From an archaeon GW2011_AR15 (GTDB taxonomy: Archaea; Nanobdellota; Nanobdellia; Woesearchaeales; GW2011-AR15): a DNA stretch of 64,000 nt. The notes beneath the pieces are model-generated. The model was not told the origin of the DNA and made no database searches. It saw only the letters and a program-made list of their open reading frames with translations. How positions within the stretch are numbered: the stretch's first letter is position 1; every line of letters begins with the position of its first letter. The stretch lies in contig CP010425.1 in assembly GCA_000830295.1 (NCBI GenBank), positions 320,001 to 384,000 on the forward strand, read 5' to 3'. The position numbers and the translations under genes were made by a program. Below are positions 10,190-18,826 of the stretch, one piece after another.

Positions 10190-10279
10190 TGGTATGCCCT
10201 CCGGATATAAAAACATTTTGCAGACAGGATTTCCTTTCATGAATATATTTTTATATAACTTTATATTAACTAATTAGGG

Positions 10280-10885
10280 GTGGTCAAAATGGGAAGCTTT
10301 GACCAGCTTGCAGATACATTAGAACATAGGAAAGCATATTATGGGGAGGACCAGCTTGCGCTGGTAGACCGCATCATAGCGACAACCCAGAATCATTTCA
10401 GCAGGATAAAAGACAGTGAAGAGCCGTCTTATATGGCTGCAAACCTGTATGCAGTAATGGCCCACGTCTACCTTGTTCTTGAAGGGCTGTCAGGGATAAA
10501 AACAGAATTCTCGCAATCCGTCCATCCGAGGCTGGAAAAGCTGGAAGGCCTGCTTGGGCAGTATGTGCAGGATGAAAAAAGATATAGAGAGATTTCCGGA
10601 GAAGGGCTGGACTTTACTCCTGTAGAAGACCTTGGGTCTGTGCATGTCCCGCACTGGAAAGGCTACAAGGGGCTGGAGGATGAAAAAAAGGCTTTTGCGG
10701 AATATTTCTCTGATGTTTCATCCAGGGTATCATCTCTTATGAAAGAACATACATGCATAGGGGAATACCTTAGCCAGAGGAAAGAGAAGCTCTGGAATAT
10801 CGGCTATGTTATGAACAGGCTAAAAGGATTTAAAACCGATGGCCAGAAGGCCGTGCGGAGACTCGAAACAGCGCTGCAGCGCTGA
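10280..10885 (+). CDS. hypothetical helical protein
   Basis: 201-aa ORF with upstream TATA (ttttatata); no motif recognised. Confidence 0.6.
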   Translation: MVKMGSFDQLADTLEHRKAYYGEDQLALVDRIIATTQNHFSRIKDSEEPSYMAANLYAVMAHVYLVLEGLSGIKTEFSQSVHPRLEKLEGLLGQYVQDEKRYREISGEGLDFTPVEDLGSVHVPHWKGYKGLEDEKKAFAEYFSDVSSRVSSLMKEHTCIGEYLSQRKEKLWNIGYVMNRLKGFKTDGQKAVRRLETALQR

Positions 10886-10910
10886 TTTTCTTTTTATTTT
10901 TTCAGATATA

Positions 10911-10935
10911 TTTATTAATAATAAGTTTATACCTT
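10911..10935 (+). promoter_or_regulatory. TATA-like promoter of leader unit 1, with shared aataagtt(t)atac motif
   Basis: tttattaa 23-30 nt before ATG 10941; downstream aataagtttatac closely matches aataagttatac in promoter 2. Confidence 0.55.
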
Positions 10936-10940
10936 GCATT

Positions 10941-10973
10941 ATGAGCGCTGGTGATTCACGCTGGACTTTGTAA
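10941..10973 (+). CDS. putative Trp-containing leader peptide 1, MSAGDSRWTL (not in ORF track)
   Basis: atg agc gct ggt gat tca cgc tgg act ttg taa at the leaderless-start distance from a TATA; shares G-x-S-R-W with peptide 2. Confidence 0.55.
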   Translation: MSAGDSRWTL

Positions 10974-11062
10974 TTTCTTGCTTAGGTTAACCTGTAATAA
11001 AGATCTGCTGTTCGGATGCTGGCGATATTGTAAAATGTATTCTGAAAAATTTAGTTGTTTTA

Positions 11063-11081
11063 TTAAGGGGCTTCCCCTTAA
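11063..11081 (+). terminator. perfect hairpin ttaagggg-ctt-ccccttaa, possible terminator/processing signal of leader unit 1
   Basis: 8-bp perfect inverted repeat; a second cccctt at 11085-11090 offers an alternative pairing; pyrimidine-rich tail. Confidence 0.45.
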
Positions 11082-11132
11082 AATCCCCTTTCAATTTAGC
11101 TTCAGCTAGGATATATTCTGTAACATATATTT

Positions 11133-11157
11133 CGGAAACTATATAAATAAGTTATAC
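11133..11157 (+). promoter_or_regulatory. BRE-TATA promoter of leader unit 2 / tRNA-Trp operon
   Basis: cggaaac-tatataaa, TATA 24-31 nt before ATG 11171. Confidence 0.7.
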
Positions 11158-11170
11158 TTTCCCTTTCCGC

Positions 11171-11215
11171 ATGAGAAACACAAAAGGCGGTTCACGTTGG
11201 CGTTCTTTCAATTAA
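11171..11215 (+). CDS. putative Trp-containing leader peptide 2, MRNTKGGSRWRSFN (not in ORF track)
   Basis: 14 codons with Trp at codon 10, ATG at expected TSS, 75 nt upstream of tRNA-Trp. Confidence 0.6.
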   Translation: MRNTKGGSRWRSFN

Positions 11216-11290
11216 GTTAGATAATATTACATTAAATTTTTCTGCGGGCTCTTGGTGGCAGCCCTGAGTTCATTGTTTTAAACCAGATAC

Positions 11291-11361
11291 GGGGCTGTAG
11301 TTTAACGGGAAAATTCTTGGCTCCAGACCAAAAGATTCAGGTTCGACTCCTGATAGCCCCA
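11291..11361 (+). tRNA. tRNA-Trp (anticodon CCA), intronless, CCA end not encoded
   Basis: Acceptor GGGGCTG/TAGCCCC+A73, D stem GTTT/AAAT, anticodon arm CTTGG-CTCCAGA-CCAAA (C27.A43 mismatch), T arm TCAGG-TTCGACT-CCTGA. Confidence 0.92.
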
Positions 11362-11383
11362 TCAAAAACCTTAGGAGGCAAAA

Positions 11384-12064
11384 ATGAAAAAACAAAATGA
11401 ACCTGAAAACGAAGATGAGATATTAAGAAGGCTTGGCCTGGATCCTGTAAAAGATTACCAGCTGATACATGACACTCTGAGCCTGTATTATGCAAAGCCA
11501 AGGCCTGAAAAAATTAGGATTATAGAGTTCCGGCCAAGTGACTTAACAGACAGGATGAAACAGGGCATCATCGATATAGGACTGGTGGCGTTCGGCCCCG
11601 GCATGACTCCTGAAGAAATTATAGAACATGTTATGCCAACTGACAGAGTCTATATGGGATTCAAAGGAACAAGGGCAATTGGATTTGCAACTGCCAATAT
11701 TCAGGAAAACGCCGTTGATTTTGTCGGCGCTGCTGTTGAACCCCAATACCAGGGGGATGGCCTTTACAATGAGTTTGTGATGAGGCGCGTCAGCCTCGCA
11801 TTCGAGCATGGCAAAAACACAGTAAAGCTGAGGACTCAGAACCCTGTTGTCTATCTCGGTGTGACAAGGTCTCTTGACAATCTTGCGGAAATAGGCGCAA
11901 TAAATAGCTACACAGAGAAAAGGGAGCATGTGAAAGGGATGTATGGCAGGATGCTGACTGAAAAAAGGCCTCTTTCAAACATCGGGGAGATTAACCGTAT
12001 CTTTGATGTTCTGGATTATGAGAAAGGAGATACGTTCTCTTTGGAATTCAGGATGGTGAGATGA
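11384..12064 (+). CDS. GNAT-family N-acetyltransferase
   Basis: Motif A AAVEPQYQGDGLY; LRTQNP; AGGAGG SD 22 nt after the tRNA end region. Confidence 0.75.
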   Translation: MKKQNEPENEDEILRRLGLDPVKDYQLIHDTLSLYYAKPRPEKIRIIEFRPSDLTDRMKQGIIDIGLVAFGPGMTPEEIIEHVMPTDRVYMGFKGTRAIGFATANIQENAVDFVGAAVEPQYQGDGLYNEFVMRRVSLAFEHGKNTVKLRTQNPVVYLGVTRSLDNLAEIGAINSYTEKREHVKGMYGRMLTEKRPLSNIGEINRIFDVLDYEKGDTFSLEFRMVR

Positions 12065-12065
12065 A

Positions 12066-12773
12066 ATGAGGATCTCAAAAACCGGTTCAGGAAATCCGAA
12101 AGTTGCCTTTGTTGCCTGTGTCCATGGAGATGAAAAAATAGGTGAGAAAGCAATAGAAAAGCTGAAGAACATCCGTCTGGCAGGGGGGACTCTTTTTTTT
12201 GTCCTGGCGAATGAGAAAGCAGCGCAGGAAAACAAGAGATTCACTGAATCAGACCTTAACAGGGTGTTTCCGGGCAATCCGGAGGGAGATCATGAGGAAA
12301 AGCTTGCGCATCAACTACTGCATGAGCTAAGGCAAGCGGATGTTGTGATAGATATACATTCAACAGAAGCTGACACAGAGGATTTCATAATTCTCACAAA
12401 AAAAGAGCAATTCAGAATTGCTGAAAAAGTTCCAATTGAGAAATGTGTATTCATGGAAAAGTCTATTGCCAAAGGAAAGGCATTGATTGATCATGTAAAT
12501 CTCGGGATTTCCATTGAGTTCAATAAAGATAGGGGAGATGTAAGCGGAATCCTGAGACAGATTCTCATCAATCTCGGCATGGTTAAGGGAAGAAAAAGGA
12601 TTGCCAGTCAGGTGGGCTACAGTGTCTACGGCATCATTGAAAAAAAAGATTATAGCGGCCTGCTTGTCAATTTCAGGGAAACAGAAATCAACGGGGAATT
12701 GTTTTTTCCCCTTTTTTATGGCTCAAAAAATTATGAAAATGTTGCCTGCCTGAAAGCAAGGAGGGTGAGATGA
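12066..12773 (+). CDS. succinylglutamate desuccinylase/aspartoacylase-family (M14) Zn hydrolase
   Basis: HGDE, DLNRVFPG, IDIHS, catalytic SIEF. Confidence 0.88.
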   Translation: MRISKTGSGNPKVAFVACVHGDEKIGEKAIEKLKNIRLAGGTLFFVLANEKAAQENKRFTESDLNRVFPGNPEGDHEEKLAHQLLHELRQADVVIDIHSTEADTEDFIILTKKEQFRIAEKVPIEKCVFMEKSIAKGKALIDHVNLGISIEFNKDRGDVSGILRQILINLGMVKGRKRIASQVGYSVYGIIEKKDYSGLLVNFRETEINGELFFPLFYGSKNYENVACLKARRVR

Positions 12774-13318
12774 TTAATGCTTCACTGCCTGCTGTAAAAA
12801 ACCTGGATATGCTCCGGAATATTGTAGCTTCAGGCCTTGGGCTCTTGCTCTCATTTTTCATATTCAGGGAGCATTTTGTAATCGTGCTTTCCATACTTGT
12901 CTCTATCCTTGTGATGCTTCACAAGAGATACATCGGCATTGTGCTGGGGATAGATGTCTGCATGGTGTTTGTTATGCTTTCAGCTTCAAGATACGGCGCA
13001 TTTGCAGGCGCAGCTATAGGCGGAATATCATTTCTTGGAGGGATGCTTGCCTCCCTGGAATTCAGCAAAAGCCCGATGGTGACTTTCTACGGCACGTTTT
13101 TTTATATCATCCTTGGGCTGGCTTATTCCCTGATGCCAACCGGCATAATATATGCCCTGCCTCTGCTTCATATCCTGATAGCAGGCCTTCTGTTTTCGAT
13201 TGGCGCTTTTTTTGTCGGTGCCCCTCTCCAGTTCCTGATGAAATATGCAGCAACAAATATAATCACAAATTTATTATTCATAAGAATATTCGAAAGCTTG
13301 CTGAGGCTGATGTTCTGA
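12770..13318 (+). CDS. membrane protein, ECF S-component-like
   Basis: 182 aa, ~6 TM, YGAFAGAAIG resembles the S-component G-x-x-x-G-A-x-x-G helix; ATGA overlap with the upstream gene. Confidence 0.5.
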   Translation: MINASLPAVKNLDMLRNIVASGLGLLLSFFIFREHFVIVLSILVSILVMLHKRYIGIVLGIDVCMVFVMLSASRYGAFAGAAIGGISFLGGMLASLEFSKSPMVTFYGTFFYIILGLAYSLMPTGIIYALPLLHILIAGLLFSIGAFFVGAPLQFLMKYAATNIITNLLFIRIFESLLRLMF

Positions 13319-13962
13319 TGATAAGGCAGAAAATAAGGGAAATACTGGAAGAGATAGGGAATGCAGAGCTTGTCACAGTCACAAAATCAAGGAGCATCGA
13401 GGAAATTATAGAAGCAATCGAGGCAGGAGCAAGAATAATCGGGGAAAACAGGGTTGATGAAGCGAGAAAAAAATACGGCATGCTGAAGGATTGCCTGAAA
13501 AAATACAATGTGGGATACCATTTCATAGGCCATCTCCAGTCGAACAAGGTGAACAAGGCAGTGGGGTTTTTTGACCTGATACAGTCAGTCGATTCTGTAA
13601 AGCTGGCTGAAAAAATAAACAAACGGGCAGAAGAGCTGGAGATAGTCCAGGACATTCTCGTGCAGGTGAACATAGGGGAAGAAGAGCAGAAATACGGGGT
13701 ACCTCCTGGCGAGGTAAGCAGCTTCATAGGGAGCCTGTCCGGCCTGGGAAACATAAGGATAAAAGGGCTGATGTGCATTGCCCCTTACTCAGAAAACCCG
13801 GAAGACGCAAGGCCGTATTTCAGCAGGATGAAAAAGATATACCGCACTTTTGATTTTGAATATCTGTCAATGGGCATGACAAATGATTACCGGATAGCAC
13901 TGGAAGAAGGCTCAAATATGGTGAGAATAGGGACAGCCATCTTCGGCGAGAGAAAATATTAA
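13318..13962 (+). CDS. yggS: YggS/PLPBP family PLP-binding protein
   Basis: VTK (PLP Lys), GENRV, HFIGHLQSNK, QVNIG.E..KYG, GLMCI, LSMGMTND, MVRIGTAIFG. Confidence 0.95.
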   Translation: MIRQKIREILEEIGNAELVTVTKSRSIEEIIEAIEAGARIIGENRVDEARKKYGMLKDCLKKYNVGYHFIGHLQSNKVNKAVGFFDLIQSVDSVKLAEKINKRAEELEIVQDILVQVNIGEEEQKYGVPPGEVSSFIGSLSGLGNIRIKGLMCIAPYSENPEDARPYFSRMKKIYRTFDFEYLSMGMTNDYRIALEEGSNMVRIGTAIFGERKY

Positions 13963-13989
13963 ATAGTATGCATGATAAAGTGAGAAACA

Positions 13990-15120
13990 ATGACAAAAAA
14001 TGATTTCATAGTCACACCATGGAGCGTTAAGGGAGATATAGACTATGACAAATTAGTAAAGCAGTTCGGGACAAAAAAGCTGGATGAAAAACTGCTGAAA
14101 GAGCTTAAAAGCATTACAGGAGGAACCCACCATTACCTCAGAAGAAAGATATTCTACTCCCACATGTATTTAGATGAGGTATTAAAAGATTACAGGAAAG
14201 ACAATAAATTCTATCTTTACACAGGAAGGGCTCCAAGCGGGCCCGTGCATCTGGGGCACATGATCCCATGGATATTCACGAAATGGCTTCAGGACAACTT
14301 TGATGCCCATCTGCTGTTCCAGATTCCTGATGAGGAAAAATTCCTTTTCAAGAAAGACCTGACTCTGGAAGAGACAAGGAAGTGGGCTTACGACAACATA
14401 CTGGACATAATCGCTGTAGGGTTTGACCCAAAGAAAACCCACATATTTTTGGATACTGAGTACGCCGGCCATATGTATAAGCATGCTGTCCAGGTAGCCA
14501 AGAAGATAAATTTCTCAACAATAAAGTCAACATTCGGGTTTGACAACGACAAGAACATCGGGGAGATTTTCTATACTGCAATGCAGTCTGTTCCTGCAAT
14601 ACTGCCAAGCGTCCTTGAAGGAAAGAAAACCCGCGTTTTAATTCCATGCGCAATTGACCAGGATGTGCATTTCAGGCTGACAAGGGATGTCGCTGAATCA
14701 CTTGGGTATTACAAGCCCGCAACAATATTGTGCCGGTTCCTGCCCGGGCTGCAGGGTATGAGTGGAGAGGGCAAGATGTCCTCCTCCGTCGAGAGCACTG
14801 CAATATACACAACTGATGATGCCAAGACAGTAAAAAATAAAATTCTCAAGTATGCATTCTCAGGAGGCCGTGATACTTTAGAAGAGCACAGAAAGCACGG
14901 CGGCAACCCTGAAGTAGATGTTTCATACCAGTGGCTAACATTCTTTGAGGAGGACGATGCAAAGCTTGAGAAAATCTATAAAGATTACAAGTCAGGAAAG
15001 CTGCTTTCAGGAGAGCTGAAGATGATTCTTGTAGACAAGCTGAACAGTTTCCTTGCTGAGCACCAGAAGAGAAGGAAGGAAGCAGAGAAAATAATTGAGA
15101 AATTTATGCTGCGGGACTAG
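13990..15120 (+). CDS. trpS: tryptophan--tRNA ligase (archaeal/eukaryotic type)
   Basis: VTPW, YLYTGRAPSG, HLGH, AIDQD, KMSSS, AFSGG, SGELK. Confidence 0.97.
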   Translation: MTKNDFIVTPWSVKGDIDYDKLVKQFGTKKLDEKLLKELKSITGGTHHYLRRKIFYSHMYLDEVLKDYRKDNKFYLYTGRAPSGPVHLGHMIPWIFTKWLQDNFDAHLLFQIPDEEKFLFKKDLTLEETRKWAYDNILDIIAVGFDPKKTHIFLDTEYAGHMYKHAVQVAKKINFSTIKSTFGFDNDKNIGEIFYTAMQSVPAILPSVLEGKKTRVLIPCAIDQDVHFRLTRDVAESLGYYKPATILCRFLPGLQGMSGEGKMSSSVESTAIYTTDDAKTVKNKILKYAFSGGRDTLEEHRKHGGNPEVDVSYQWLTFFEEDDAKLEKIYKDYKSGKLLSGELKMILVDKLNSFLAEHQKRRKEAEKIIEKFMLRD

Positions 15121-16052
15121 GCTGCTTTCAGTTTCCTGACCATTTCTATTGACCACAGCCTGAAGAATGCTGCTACAGGGACAAATATTACGGATATTGC
15201 ATATATAATCAGCAGGATGACAACCGCTGCGTATGTAGCAGTCACAATTATGGCTGCTGTCTGGGATGCCATCAAAAGCAGGAAATAAATCCCCAGGCCT
15301 ATAAGGGCAAATGGTATCAAGAGGATTATTGCCACGAATATGGCCAGGATAATTGTTGCTATGTTAAGCGCAATGGAAAGCCCGACTTTTATAAGCCAGT
15401 AAAGGCCTATCTCCCCTTTCCTGTCCCTGATTTTCTTAATAACGTGGTGCCATGCCCTTGCAAACCTGTAATTTTTCAGGTACATTACCGGCATTACAAA
15501 GTCATAGACTATGAACCAGAATATGATAAGTGCCAGGAAGAATATGAAGAATCCGAGGAACATCGGCACAAACAGCCAGTAGTTGAAACTTGATAATGTG
15601 CCGTTGAGGAGGGCTATTATGACCGGTGACAATATAACGGCAATGCCTGCAATGGTTATCATGCCTGTAATCAGCTTGACGAAAAATATGTTCAGGCCCA
15701 ATGAATGGTTTGCCCTGAAGCTTTTCCTTATCTTTATGCTTTTATGGAGCACCCCTTCAATGAACATGAACGTGAAGACGCTGTTTAGATAGGTGAAAAA
15801 GAGCATGAGCACGAAAAAGGCAATAAAGGCTATCCCAAGCAGGAGGCCGTATCTGGTTATAAAACTGGCAAAATTCACATCAGGCGACTCTGAGGAGGTA
15901 CTATAGCTATTTCCTCCTGAGAACCCGTTCCCGGGCCTTCCGCCAAACAGGTTAATGAACCCCATGCGGAGCCAGTATGCCCTGTCTATCGGAAAAAATA
16001 GTTTCTTTGTTTTGCTGAAAGCAGAATTCAGAGTATCAATTGCCACAGTCAT
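15117..16052 (-). CDS. conserved archaeal multi-pass membrane protein
   Basis: 311 aa with ~6 long hydrophobic helices. Confidence 0.7.
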   Translation of the reverse strand: MTVAIDTLNSAFSKTKKLFFPIDRAYWLRMGFINLFGGRPGNGFSGGNSYSTSSESPDVNFASFITRYGLLLGIAFIAFFVLMLFFTYLNSVFTFMFIEGVLHKSIKIRKSFRANHSLGLNIFFVKLITGMITIAGIAVILSPVIIALLNGTLSSFNYWLFVPMFLGFFIFFLALIIFWFIVYDFVMPVMYLKNYRFARAWHHVIKKIRDRKGEIGLYWLIKVGLSIALNIATIILAIFVAIILLIPFALIGLGIYFLLLMASQTAAIIVTATYAAVVILLIIYAISVIFVPVAAFFRLWSIEMVRKLKAA

Positions 16053-16084
16053 GGGATATTTTTGGGCGTCCTAGTATAAAAATA

Positions 16085-16774
16085 TTATTGTTTCAGGCAG
16101 AAATTTACAGTGCTTTCGGCAAAAATCTTCATTGTATCATATATTTCAAGTTTATCATGCTCAGGCATCAGCAGCTGCAGGTCTGTGCACGCAAGAATCA
16201 CCGCATCTGCTTTTCCTTCAAATTTATTTATCATAGTTACAAGCTTTCTTTTATCTTTTTCAGCATGCCTGCTCAGGACAATGTTGTTTATAATCTCTCC
16301 GAGCATCGCCTGGTCTTTATCATGCGGAACAATCTGTGATATGCCTTCTTTTTTGAGGGCTGTCTCGTATAACCCGGATTTAAGGGCTGTCCTTGTTGCC
16401 AGCAGCCCAACATTACGGAACTTCTTCTCCCTGAGGAATTTTGCAGTCTCTTCCACTATGCTCAAGACCGGGATTTTGACTGCTTTCCTTATATCTTCTA
16501 TAAATATGTGAAGGGAATTGCATGGCATGACAATAAAATCCGCTCCCCCTCTCTCGAGCTTTTTCGCTCCGGCAACAAGATAGGGTATGTATCTTTCCTC
16601 TCCCTTTGAGCTCCTTATCAGGTCTTCTTCTATATCATATCTCAGGGGGACATTCCATATTAGTATCGGCGGCCGCTGCTGCTTATTCTTCTTATAGCTG
16701 CCAAACACAATCTCAAGGTAGAATTCCGCTGTTGTTTCAGGCCCTAATCCCCCTATAACACCTATTGTTTTCAT
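16085..16774 (-). CDS. aspartate/glutamate racemase family protein
   Basis: IGVIGGLGP, MPCNS and LACTD two-cysteine catalytic motifs. Confidence 0.9.
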   Translation of the reverse strand: MKTIGVIGGLGPETTAEFYLEIVFGSYKKNKQQRPPILIWNVPLRYDIEEDLIRSSKGEERYIPYLVAGAKKLERGGADFIVMPCNSLHIFIEDIRKAVKIPVLSIVEETAKFLREKKFRNVGLLATRTALKSGLYETALKKEGISQIVPHDKDQAMLGEIINNIVLSRHAEKDKRKLVTMINKFEGKADAVILACTDLQLLMPEHDKLEIYDTMKIFAESTVNFCLKQ

Positions 16775-16872
16775 CTGGGCTAGGAGTATCCCGGTTATTA
16801 TAAAAACATTATCATATTTTTCCTATAAATTTAAATAGTTAAAGTGCAGAATTGGTATACAGAGGTGTTTTT

Positions 16873-17097
16873 ATGGCAAAGAGAGTATTCAAATTCGCTC
16901 CCTTGAATGGCGCATTTATGGCAACATCAATACTTGGAGTGCTGATTTCGCTTATGTATGTCTACCCAAGGTCAAGTGACTGGGGTGTCACATTTACACT
17001 GGTGTTCGGGGCTATGTTCCTTGCTGCCATGGCTTCCATGACCCACGCTGATCCTGACACCTTCGTGGAGATTGAGACCAAGAACAGAAGAAAGTAA
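16873..17097 (+). CDS. small 2-TM membrane protein
   Basis: GAGGTG SD before ATG 16873; two hydrophobic helices. Confidence 0.7.
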   Translation: MAKRVFKFAPLNGAFMATSILGVLISLMYVYPRSSDWGVTFTLVFGAMFLAAMASMTHADPDTFVEIETKNRRK

Positions 17098-17400
17098 TTA
17101 TTTTTTGAATTCTTTATCAAACTTTTCCTTAGCCTTGTTTTCCTTGTAGAATATCTCGTGGCTTGCCCTCTTGTCAAATAAGGAAAGTGCCATGTTGACC
17201 ATGTCTGTCTGGTAGGGCTTCAGCCCTTTGGATTTCATTATCTCCCTTGCATCATCTATGCTTTCCTTCATCCTCTGGATATTTTCCTTCCTTGCAAGGA
17301 CTTCCTGCTCTTTCTCCTCTGCCTCGCTTAGCTCTATCTCTTCCCATCTGGGATAGACGGATTTGTCAGTTGTCCTCGGGAATGATTTATTGAATGCCAT
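17098..17400 (-). CDS. hypothetical protein
   Basis: 100-aa charged ORF (AFNKSFPRT...YPRWEEI). Confidence 0.7.
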   Translation of the reverse strand: MAFNKSFPRTTDKSVYPRWEEIELSEAEEKEQEVLARKENIQRMKESIDDAREIMKSKGLKPYQTDMVNMALSLFDKRASHEIFYKENKAKEKFDKEFKK

Positions 17401-17454
17401 AAAGATAGCTAATGAAAGAAGCTTTAAAAAGATTATGCAGATTATTGCGGAAAA

Positions 17455-18774
17455 TCAGAAATTGAATATTTTCTTGTCTGCAGGCAGCGCGACAGGAGCC
17501 TCTCCGCCGTGCCATGTGAACCTCGGCCTTACACGCATAGGATACATCTTTTCGTTGTTGTCATCCAGTATTATCGCTGCCCCTGCCTCTCTCGGCAGGT
17601 CATCAAGATATTTGTCAAGCCCCTGCCTCATGTAGGACTGCATCAGCATTCCCAGGGCATCTGTGTCCAGCTTTGCTGTTATCCTGTGGGAGATTATTAC
17701 GTCAGACTGGGTCATGACATCTGTATGTATCTTTCCTGGCTGCTGGCTCGCCAGCACAAGTGATATTCCCGGTTGCCTTCCTTCCCTCAGTATAGTAACC
17801 AGGGCGTCTGTTGCGGCTGTCTTGCCTGATGCAGGAAGGAACTCGTGCGCCTCGTCAATTATTATCCATACCATCGGGTATTCCATCTTCTCCTTTTCCT
17901 CTTCTGAAAAGAAGTGCACTGATTCGTGCACTGACTCAAACTCCTCCTCCCTTCTTGAGACCATTCTCTGGACAAAAAGTTTTTTTGAGACAAGTCCCGT
18001 AACAAGGGATTTTACGTCCCAGCCTCCGGGAGCTGTCGCATAGATGCTGACATCAAGGATTGATATCCTGCCTGGCTTTATTATTTCTGTCAGAGGCGTC
18101 CCTTCTTCATCAAAAAGCCCCCATGATTCCGCGCTGGCAAATAAGTTGGTTGCCTTGTCCTTTGCTCTTTGGGAGACTTTCGCATCCTTCTCCACACATG
18201 CTTTTATGTCTTTAAGCGAAAAGTCTTTTCCTGTGTCTTTCAGCTGGGTTATAACCCTCTCGAGAAGCACACCTTCTTCAGAATTCTTGTCCATGCCCAA
18301 TGTCAGTATCCAGTCATCGATATCCAGCTCGCTGGGCTTTATTGAGAACGGATAATCAACAGGGATTCCCTTCTCTTTGAAACTTGCGAAATAGCCCTTC
18401 GGCGTGAATACTGTAACATCAAGAGGCTTTGGCTTTATGCCCCATTCATCCAGTAAATCGCGCTCCTTCTGGTTTGGGTATTTCATGGTCCAGTAGATTC
18501 CCATTGTGTCCATTATAAGGACTGATATATTTGACCTTATTTCAGGAGGCAGGTCTGAAATCCCTTCTGCAATGACCCCCATTGTGAAGGATTTTCCTGA
18601 GCCTCTCTTGCCGCAGACAAAAACAACGTGGCTCCTTATCACATCAAGAAGTATGCTGCTTGACAGGGAAGTTTCCTGCCCCATCTTGACATAGTGCTTT
18701 CCCAGGAAAATTGTTCCGCTCAGCCCGTATTTCTGCAGGTCAGATTTATTCCTGCCAATGACGATATCATACAT
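17455..18774 (-). CDS. HerA/VirB4-like P-loop ATPase (DUF87 family)
   Basis: Walker A GKRGSGKS, Walker B IIIDEAHEF, REGRQPGISLVLASQQP. Confidence 0.85.
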   Translation of the reverse strand: MYDIVIGRNKSDLQKYGLSGTIFLGKHYVKMGQETSLSSSILLDVIRSHVVFVCGKRGSGKSFTMGVIAEGISDLPPEIRSNISVLIMDTMGIYWTMKYPNQKERDLLDEWGIKPKPLDVTVFTPKGYFASFKEKGIPVDYPFSIKPSELDIDDWILTLGMDKNSEEGVLLERVITQLKDTGKDFSLKDIKACVEKDAKVSQRAKDKATNLFASAESWGLFDEEGTPLTEIIKPGRISILDVSIYATAPGGWDVKSLVTGLVSKKLFVQRMVSRREEEFESVHESVHFFSEEEKEKMEYPMVWIIIDEAHEFLPASGKTAATDALVTILREGRQPGISLVLASQQPGKIHTDVMTQSDVIISHRITAKLDTDALGMLMQSYMRQGLDKYLDDLPREAGAAIILDDNNEKMYPMRVRPRFTWHGGEAPVALPADKKIFNF

Positions 18775-18826
18775 AAGGATTAATGCTGGCTTAGAAGTTT
18801 ATATAATTTGTTGTTTAAATAGGGAA

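Noticed and set aside
11252-11265. TTGGTGGCAGCC before tRNA-Trp looks like a T-box antiterminator bulge (GGTGGNACC)
   Set aside because: No ACC, no Stem I/specifier loop or GA motif, and no room for it; T-boxes are bacterial.
10280-11361. tRNA as integration site of a mobile element
   Set aside because: No integrase and no duplicated tRNA 3' end seen in the window.
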